DNA from: Candidatus Iainarchaeum sp.
GTDB taxonomy: Archaea; Iainarchaeota; Iainarchaeia; Iainarchaeales; JAFCCW01
Assembly: GCA_017609985.1 (NCBI GenBank)
Contig: JAFCCW010000029.1
Location: forward strand, 1 to 13,276
Length of the DNA: 13,276 nucleotides
Reading direction: 5' to 3'
Numbering within the stretch: the first letter of the stretch is position 1; each line of letters begins with the position of its first letter. Positions 1 to 5,628 of this stretch are shown here, in pieces. Under the pieces are notes generated by a model, which had not been told where the DNA came from, did no database searches, and was given only the letters and a program-made list of their open reading frames with translations. The position numbers were made by a program, and so were the translations under genes.

Positions 1-1878
1 TGCAATGATTCGGGAAACGCGGGATGTAATGAGATATACTATTGCATTGACGAAAGTGATGGTGGTTGTGATCCATTCAACCAAACCCCAACTGCAGGAG
101 ACACAGTAGAAATAACACACAATGAAGAAGGAACAAAATTCATTATGTTTGGTTCAAAAGATAATTTTGGCAATCAAGAAAGTGTAAAAAGCCAGGCACT
201 GAATCTTGACAAGACAAACCCAACTACACCAAGTTGCAGTTCAGATGATATTCAATCGAATTCAATCAATATTGATTTGGGTGAGAGTAATTCAGTCTCA
301 GGAATAGCTTCTTACACAGTTCAAATAGCAACAAATAGTGATTTTTCCTCAGGTGTTAGTACAAAGACTGATGCTGTCCGGAGTTTTGACTTTGATGGAT
401 TGAGCCAGAACACAACATATTATTTTAAAGCAAAGGCAACCGCCAATTCAGGAAGAGAATCAGAATGGAGTACAACTATAAGCAGCACAACAGATGATGA
501 TTCAGATAATGGAAACGAAAACAATTCCAGCAATTCTGACTCAAACCCAGCTCCTGTCGTAGACTGGAGAGAACCAGACGGAGGAGACACCATAAACCGC
601 AATGTTAACTTGGTAGTGTATGCAACAGACAATGCTGAAGTAAACAGGGTGAAGATTTACATTAAGAACAAGGACACTGGAAACGAGGAAGCTATTGGAA
701 ACGCAGATTATAAATCTTCAGGTCAATGGTGGATTGAAGATTTTGACACAACAAAGTATCCTGACGGAGAATATAGGCTTAGAGCTTTTGCACAGGACAA
801 TCTTGGCAAGTCCAGCACTAACAAATACATTGACGTGACAATAAACAATGAAGATGTTTCCGACTTAGGAGATAGTTATGGAAACGAGGGCAACAGAGCA
901 GAAGAAAATATTGACACTGCAAGAAATGAACTTGAAAAAGCCAATGCTGTCTTGGAGCTTGCTGAAAAATTTGGACTGATTGTTCCAACAGAATTTCTTG
1001 AAATGAAACAGGAAACAGAAGATTGTATAGAAAATGCAGAACAGGCTCTTTCTAACGAAGACTATGACGAAGCAATAAACAGGTCAGAGGAAGCAATATC
1101 TTTGTGTGGAAATCTTGAACACATATTTAATATTGACACGGAAGACATTGAAATTGAAACTCTTGATGCAAATGCAAACTATGAAGCACTGCTTTCAGGA
1201 AACCTGCTTGAGGAAGCAAATAATCTTATCTTGAAAACAGGTATTGAAAGAAGCCTACAGATTGTGAAAGTTGAGAATGATGAAAACACTTCTTACTGGA
1301 TTGCAGTCACAATAACTGTTAAAAATCAGGGAGAAGAAGACAAAAATCTGCAGATAATAGAGGTTATTCCAAAAGAACTTTTTGCAAGCGCTTCACTGAT
1401 TGACTCAGACCTTGTGTTTGATGTTCTGGAAGAAGACCCAGTTATTAGATTTAATCTTGAAGGATTTTCTGCAGAAGAAACAAGGAAAATTTCATACTAT
1501 GCATTGGAATCAATTTCCGAAGAAGAACTTGCATTGTTGAAGGAATCAGGTGCAATTGCTGAATTTAGTGTGGCTCCGATTTTGCTTAATGCAGAAACAA
1601 GCATTGAAGACTTAAAGTTTTCTTCAACTCCGCTTGCATTGTTTGGATTTGGAATTTCAGACATTCTTATCGGAGTAGTTGTTTTGCTTGCAATAGCAAT
1701 AGTTGCAGTAGTAGGAATTGGGTTTGTAAAGTCAAGATCTTCAGAAGAAGATTGGGGCTCTCCACTTGAATTAGCCTACAAAAGCAATGGAAGCCTGAAA
1801 GACAAGATTCCAATTTCATTCAACGGATTCAAAAAAGAAAAACAGGAAAGTAAAAAATGGGAATACAGGGAAAACTAG
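1..1878 (+). CDS. Membrane-anchored multidomain cell-surface protein (Cys-containing Ig-like module, FN3, Ig-like/Big domain, helical stalk, C-terminal TM); 5'-truncated by the window edge
   Basis: Frame 1 is open from base 1 (CNDSGNAGCNEIYYCIDES...TKFIMFGSKDNFGN), so the ATG at 145 is internal. FN3 signature GLSQNTTYYFKAKA..SGRESEWS; D/N/S-rich linker; Ig-like FDTTKYPDGEYRLRAFAQDNLG; hydrophobic ILIGVVVLLAIAIVAVVGIGFV followed by a Lys-rich tail. Confidence 0.85.
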   Translation, partial: CNDSGNAGCNEIYYCIDESDGGCDPFNQTPTAGDTVEITHNEEGTKFIMFGSKDNFGNQESVKSQALNLDKTNPTTPSCSSDDIQSNSINIDLGESNSVSGIASYTVQIATNSDFSSGVSTKTDAVRSFDFDGLSQNTTYYFKAKATANSGRESEWSTTISSTTDDDSDNGNENNSSNSDSNPAPVVDWREPDGGDTINRNVNLVVYATDNAEVNRVKIYIKNKDTGNEEAIGNADYKSSGQWWIEDFDTTKYPDGEYRLRAFAQDNLGKSSTNKYIDVTINNEDVSDLGDSYGNEGNRAEENIDTARNELEKANAVLELAEKFGLIVPTEFLEMKQETEDCIENAEQALSNEDYDEAINRSEEAISLCGNLEHIFNIDTEDIEIETLDANANYEALLSGNLLEEANNLILKTGIERSLQIVKVENDENTSYWIAVTITVKNQGEEDKNLQIIEVIPKELFASASLIDSDLVFDVLEEDPVIRFNLEGFSAEETRKISYYALESISEEELALLKESGAIAEFSVAPILLNAETSIEDLKFSSTPLALFGFGISDILIGVVVLLAIAIVAVVGIGFVKSRSSEEDWGSPLELAYKSNGSLKDKIPISFNGFKKEKQESKKWEYREN

Positions 1879-1951
1879 TTTGAGTTCCTTGTTTTCTTGT
1901 TTGAATTTTTTTAATTAAACTTTTCCTAGGCTTGATTTTGGAAATGAAAAA

Positions 1952-2287
1952 TCAGTGTTTTCCAAAAAGCTTTGTTGCAGTTTCCGGAATTAATGGAACT
2001 GCGTTTTCAAGCAGTTGCTTGCTTCTCAGAAACCAGACTAGTGCACCAGCAATAATTACTACAGCAAGTGTTCCTGAAACAGAAAAATAGTTTATTGGAA
2101 TTGATAACACAATGTTTTCAAGAACCAAGAGCAATGGAACTAATGCTATTGAAAAAACAAATGAGAGAGTAAATCGCTCTATGCCGGATAGCTCTCCTTT
2201 TTTTGGAAACAATCCCAAAGTTGCAAAGTAACCAGGAATTGTTAGAGAAAAACCAAGAGCTGCAAAACTTAAAACTGTTCCAATCAT
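1952..2287 (-). CDS. DUF1616-like small archaeal membrane protein
   Basis: 111 aa with 3 or more hydrophobic segments; IPGYFATLGLFPKKGELSGIERFTLSFVFSIALVPL resembles the PGY..LFP....L..IER..LS..LS pattern of DUF1616. Confidence 0.75.
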   Translation of the reverse strand: MIGTVLSFAALGFSLTIPGYFATLGLFPKKGELSGIERFTLSFVFSIALVPLLLVLENIVLSIPINYFSVSGTLAVVIIAGALVWFLRSKQLLENAVPLIPETATKLFGKH

Positions 2288-2412
2288 TTAAAACACTTAA
2301 ACATATTGCACAATCTGCTTTAAATTGTTTTTCTTTTTTGAGATTGACTTTCTTTTTTTGTAAATAACTGTTTGTGCAAAGATTTAATTATCTTGATTCA
2401 GTAAATATATTG

Positions 2413-3552
2413 ATGACAAATGTTTCTGTAGTAGGTGCTGGGCCGGCTGGACTTGAAACAGCAAAGCTTCTTGCAATGCAGGGAATGGACGTAACTGTTT
2501 TTGAAGAACACCCTGTTGTTGGAGAGCCAGAGAATTGCTCTGGCTTGATTTCTGCCTCAGGAGCAAGTGAACTGAAACTGGACCTTGACAAGGTTTTGGT
2601 TAACAGCATAATGGGTGCAAGAATTTTTTCTCCAGACGATGTAATGATTGAAGTAAAGAGAGAAAAACCAGTTGCTTTGGTTATTGACAGAGCAGGCTTT
2701 GACAAAAAACTGTTGGACAAAGCAAAAAAAGCTGGAGCAAAAACAAGACTTAATACAAAGTTAAGAAATATTCGCGGAGAATCTGTTTTTCTTGAAAGCA
2801 AGAGGGGAGAATTTCACAAAAGCAGTGTTGTTGTTGGAGCAGACGGAGTTAATTCAACAGTAAGACATATTATGGGTTTGAAAACAAATAAAGAAAATTA
2901 TGTTCATACTCTTCAGTTCAAATGTGATGGAAGCTTTGACAAAAACTTTGTAGAAGTTTATTTTGGAAATTTTGCGCCTGGGTTTTTTGCATGGGTTATT
3001 CCTGAAAGCGAAAGCAGAGCAAGAGTTGGGCTTGGAGCAAGGCTTGGGGCAAATATTGAAGAAGCATTCAACAAGTTTCGTATACAAAAAGAAATTTCTG
3101 GCGAATTGCACAGCAAGGCAAGCGCAATGATTCCAGTTTCTCAGCCCCTAAAAAGCGTGGTTAAAGGAAACAGTCTTTTGGTTGGAGACTCTGGCTTCCA
3201 CACAAAAGCAACCACTGGCGGAGGAATTATTCTTGGAATACAGGCAGCCAAAGTGTGCGCTGAAACAGTTGCAAACAACTTCAAGCACAAGACCCCATTA
3301 AGCAGATACGATAAGAATTTAGATCAAGTTAACAAAGAACTTGCTCTGCATTGGAGAATAAGAAACTATCTCAATGGATTGGAAAACAAAAAAATGGACA
3401 AAATGTTTGAAAAAGCTGTTAGAGCAGGACTGCCAGAGTTTTTGGAAGAAGAAGGAGACATGGACAAGCCATCCCGCTTTGCAGGAAAAATGCTTAAAAA
3501 ACCAAAGATGTGGTTATTGATTCCAAGCGCTTTGAGAGCGTTGATGAGCTAA
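2413..3552 (+). CDS. Geranylgeranyl reductase family FAD-dependent oxidoreductase (DGGR-like)
   Basis: Rossmann motif VVGAGPAG, CSG, IDRAGFDKKL, VGADGVNS, APGFFAWVIP (PxxYxWxFP-like) and LVGDSG...TTGGGI. Start moved to ATG 2413, which lies about 23 nt after the TATA-like TTTAATTA at 2383-2390. Confidence 0.88.
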   Translation: MTNVSVVGAGPAGLETAKLLAMQGMDVTVFEEHPVVGEPENCSGLISASGASELKLDLDKVLVNSIMGARIFSPDDVMIEVKREKPVALVIDRAGFDKKLLDKAKKAGAKTRLNTKLRNIRGESVFLESKRGEFHKSSVVVGADGVNSTVRHIMGLKTNKENYVHTLQFKCDGSFDKNFVEVYFGNFAPGFFAWVIPESESRARVGLGARLGANIEEAFNKFRIQKEISGELHSKASAMIPVSQPLKSVVKGNSLLVGDSGFHTKATTGGGIILGIQAAKVCAETVANNFKHKTPLSRYDKNLDQVNKELALHWRIRNYLNGLENKKMDKMFEKAVRAGLPEFLEEEGDMDKPSRFAGKMLKKPKMWLLIPSALRALMS

Positions 3553-3631
3553 GCTTTTGAAATAAATAAATTTTAGAAACAAATAAATATTACTCTTGCA
3601 TATTATATTCATCAAAACAGGAGGTGGTTTG

Positions 3632-3967
3632 GTGAAAAGAATTTTATTGATTTTATTGGTTTTACTGTTCTCAGGAATTGCAACAGCACAACCACCAATT
3701 TCAGGAAATAGCCCAGTATTCACAGAATATGCTCAGTTGGGACAATATGATTTATACTGCAAAATCCCAAAAGGACCAAATACAACACTTTGCAAAGTCT
3801 TTGAAGAAGTTGAGATAAGCGAAGGAGTGTTTGAAACAAAATTTGTCGCAAACGCACATCTTTGGATTAACCAAGAAAAAGGACCCCATGGCAAAGGAAA
3901 CTGGGAACAAATATATGGAATCTGGGTTAGATTCACTCCAAAAGATAGAGTCAACCTAGTAATTTGA
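3632..3967 (+). CDS. Small secreted hypothetical protein
   Basis: SD GGAGGTG at 3620-3626 precedes TTG3629/GTG3632; signal-peptide-like MKRILLILLVLLFSGIATA-Q; followed by a hairpin and T-tract. Confidence 0.75.
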   Translation: MKRILLILLVLLFSGIATAQPPISGNSPVFTEYAQLGQYDLYCKIPKGPNTTLCKVFEEVEISEGVFETKFVANAHLWINQEKGPHGKGNWEQIYGIWVRFTPKDRVNLVI

Positions 3968-3974
3968 ATCAAGA

Positions 3975-4010
3975 AATGTCTCACTTGCCGAGGCATTGCT
4001 TTTATTTTTT
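3975..4010 (+). terminator. Stem-loop plus T-tract terminator after the secreted ORF
   Basis: AATGTCTC-(ACTTGCC)-GAGGCATT forms an 8-bp stem with one G-U pair, followed by GCTTTTATTTTTT. Confidence 0.55.
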
Positions 4011-4023
4011 AAGAAAAAAGAGA

Positions 4024-4037
4024 TAGCCCCAGAGAGA
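4024..4037 (-). repeat. 14-bp duplicate of the tRNA-Gln 3' end (att-like direct repeat)
   Basis: TAGCCCCAGAGAGA at 4024-4037 is identical to 4117-4130 (T-arm 3' strand, acceptor 3' strand and discriminator). Confidence 0.9.
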
Positions 4038-4130
4038 AACAAACCAAACGCCTAATATTTATGCTCCATCGCAGATGGAGCGACGTATCTTTTTGCAAAC
4101 TTTTTGTAAAAAAGTTTAGCCCCAGAGAGA
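4024..4130. mobile_element. Putative miniature or remnant integrative element at the tRNA-Gln 3' end
   Basis: 79 bp between 14-bp direct repeats, containing two hairpins: GCTCCATC-GCA-GATGGAGC (4063-4081) and AAACTTTTT-GTA-AAAAAGTTT (4097-4117). Too short to encode an integrase. Confidence 0.45.
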
Positions 4131-4189
4131 TTCGAACTCTCGTCACCGGGTCCAGAACCCGGCATACTTGGCCACTATACTATGGGGCT
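4117..4189 (-). tRNA. tRNA-Gln (anticodon CUG), no intron, CCA not encoded
   Basis: Minus strand folds as a cloverleaf: acceptor AGCCCCA/TGGGGCT plus discriminator A, D-loop AGTGGCCA, anticodon arm CCGGG-TT-CTG-GA-CCCGG, T-arm GAGAG-TTCGAAT-CTCTC. The A1:U72 pair is typical of archaeal tRNA-Gln. Confidence 0.97.
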
Positions 4190-4231
4190 GCAAACGTGAA
4201 TGCAATAAAATAAATTGGCGCTAGAAAGCTC

Positions 4232-4927
4232 CTATTTGCCAAACCGTCTTTGTCTTTCTTCAAAGTCAGTGATTGCTGCTTGAAGATCTGTTTCTTCAAA
4301 CTCTGGCCAGTATTTTTGAGAAAAATAGAATTCACTGTAAGCAGACTGGTATGTCATAAAACCAGAGAGACGCTGTGTTCCCGAGGTTCTTACAATCAGG
4401 TCTGGTTCTTGAAATTCAGAGTAAAGATATTTTTTAAACGTGTCCTTGTTTATTGACTCAGAATTTATCCTGCCTTCCTTGACTTCTTCTGCAATCTTTT
4501 TTGCAGCATCAGCAATTTCTACCTGCCCATTGTAGCCAACTGCCAGATTGATTGTTCGCTCAGTATTGTTTTCTGTTGCTTTCTCTGTTTCCCTGATTTC
4601 TTTCTGGAGATATTTTGGAAGCAGATTTTTTCTCCCAATAAAGTTAAGTGAGATTCCGTTCTCTGAAAAGAAAGGAGACTGTCTTGCTTTCTTTACCTGG
4701 TTTCCGAACAGAGTGTAAAGAACTTTTAGTTCTGCTTTGTTTCTCTGCAGGTTTTCAAGCGAGAGAGTGTAAAATGTGCCAGCTTTTATCTGAGGATATT
4801 TAACAAGCCATTCCAAAACATCCCAGGCTTTCTGGGTTCCCAAAGCATAGCTTTGCACTAGAGAGACATTGCTTTTTGCCGCAAATCTTCTGTTTCCGTC
4901 AGGAATGAAAGCAATAGAATTAAGCAT
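4232..4927 (-). CDS. uppS: cis-prenyltransferase / polyprenyl (undecaprenyl) diphosphate synthase
   Basis: Motifs IAFIPDGNRRFA, YTLSLENLQR, INLAVGYNGQ, PDLIVRTSGTQRLSGFMTYQSAYSEFYF..YWPEF and C-terminal RRFGK. Start set at ATG 4927, with SD GGTGA upstream on the minus strand. Confidence 0.95.
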   Translation of the reverse strand: MLNSIAFIPDGNRRFAAKSNVSLVQSYALGTQKAWDVLEWLVKYPQIKAGTFYTLSLENLQRNKAELKVLYTLFGNQVKKARQSPFFSENGISLNFIGRKNLLPKYLQKEIRETEKATENNTERTINLAVGYNGQVEIADAAKKIAEEVKEGRINSESINKDTFKKYLYSEFQEPDLIVRTSGTQRLSGFMTYQSAYSEFYFSQKYWPEFEETDLQAAITDFEERQRRFGK

Positions 4928-4987
4928 TTTTTTCACCAATAAGTCGCATTGCTGACCGGTTAGTTTCAATAATAATCGTTAATAGAA

Positions 4988-5009
4988 TTTAAAAGGATAT
5001 CCTTTTAAA
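4988..5009. promoter_or_regulatory. Perfect 22-bp palindrome forming back-to-back TATA boxes of a divergent promoter
   Basis: TTTAAAAGGATATCCTTTTAAA is its own reverse complement. Each strand presents TTTTAAA, and the + strand copy ends about 23 nt before ATG 5033. Confidence 0.65.
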
Positions 5010-5032
5010 ACTCAAACAACATCTATGATATT

Positions 5033-5212
5033 ATGGCTTCTCAATCAAAAAGTGAAACAGCAAATGCAATAAAACTGATTAAGGGACTTAAAAGCAACAT
5101 GAAAAAGATTGACAATAAGCCTGTGCCAAGGGAACTTGAATCACTAAAAAAGGGAAACGGATTGCTTGAAGAAATCATTGTCCCCCCTCTTGAAAAATTA
5201 AAAACAAGGTGA
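5033..5212 (+). CDS. 59-aa basic hypothetical protein (not in the supplied ORF track)
   Basis: ATG5033 to TGA5212: MASQSKSETANAIKLIKGLKSNMKKIDNKPVPRELESLKKGNGLLEEIIVPPLEKLKTR. It fills the gap, sits at leaderless distance from a TATA box, and its stop overlaps the SD (AGGTGA) of the next gene. Confidence 0.65.
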   Translation: MASQSKSETANAIKLIKGLKSNMKKIDNKPVPRELESLKKGNGLLEEIIVPPLEKLKTR

Positions 5213-5216
5213 TGTA

Positions 5217-5588
5217 ATGCTGTTGAATAAGGGTTCTGGAAAAAAAGTCATGGAAAAGACAAAACTGGCAAGCGATCCCTGGCTGAGACTAAAAGGATTA
5301 ATGTTTGAAGACGGAAAAAACTTTGACTATGCTCTTGTTTTTGACTTAGGAGACGAACACCAGCTGACTGCAAGCATTCACATGATGTTTGTTTTTTTCC
5401 CGATTGATGTTGTATGGTTAGATAAAAACAAGAAAGTTGTTGACAAGGTTGAAGACTTAAAGCCTTTTACTCCAAACCATACTCCAAAAAAGCGGGCAAG
5501 ATACTTCATTGAAATGCCTCTGGGAAAGGGAAAGCTAATTAAAATTGGTGATGAGCTTGAGTGGACTAAAACAGAAAAAACAACATAA
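5217..5588 (+). CDS. DUF192 (UPF0127) family protein
   Basis: RLKGLMF...SIHMMFVFFPIDVVWLDKNKKVV...LKPF...ARYFIEMPLG pattern; SD AGGTGA at 5207-5212. Confidence 0.88.
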   Translation: MLLNKGSGKKVMEKTKLASDPWLRLKGLMFEDGKNFDYALVFDLGDEHQLTASIHMMFVFFPIDVVWLDKNKKVVDKVEDLKPFTPNHTPKKRARYFIEMPLGKGKLIKIGDELEWTKTEKTT

Positions 5589-5628
5589 CCATAATCCTTA
5601 TTATAACTAAATGAATTATTATAGCGAA

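Noticed and set aside
145-147. ATG 145 as the start of the first CDS
   Set aside because: The frame is open and protein-like back to base 1, and there is no SD or signal peptide at 145.
485-545. D/N/S-rich stretch as a tandem DNA repeat
   Set aside because: It is a low-complexity protein linker with no regular nucleotide period.
2287-2298. 12-mer TTTAAAACACTT, also present at 8797-8808
   Set aside because: Very AT-rich and in different functional contexts (start-codon flank versus TATA box); likely coincidence.
2306-2379. Inverted 8-mers TTGCACAA (2306-2313) and TTGTGCAA (2372-2379) in the DUF1616/GGR divergent gap
   Set aside because: Short, AT-rich and asymmetrically placed relative to the TATA boxes; compatible with chance.
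4024-4130. CRISPR mini-array or split/permuted tRNA
   Set aside because: Only two 14-bp copies with a 79-bp spacer and no cas genes; the tRNA is complete and I see no BHB motif.
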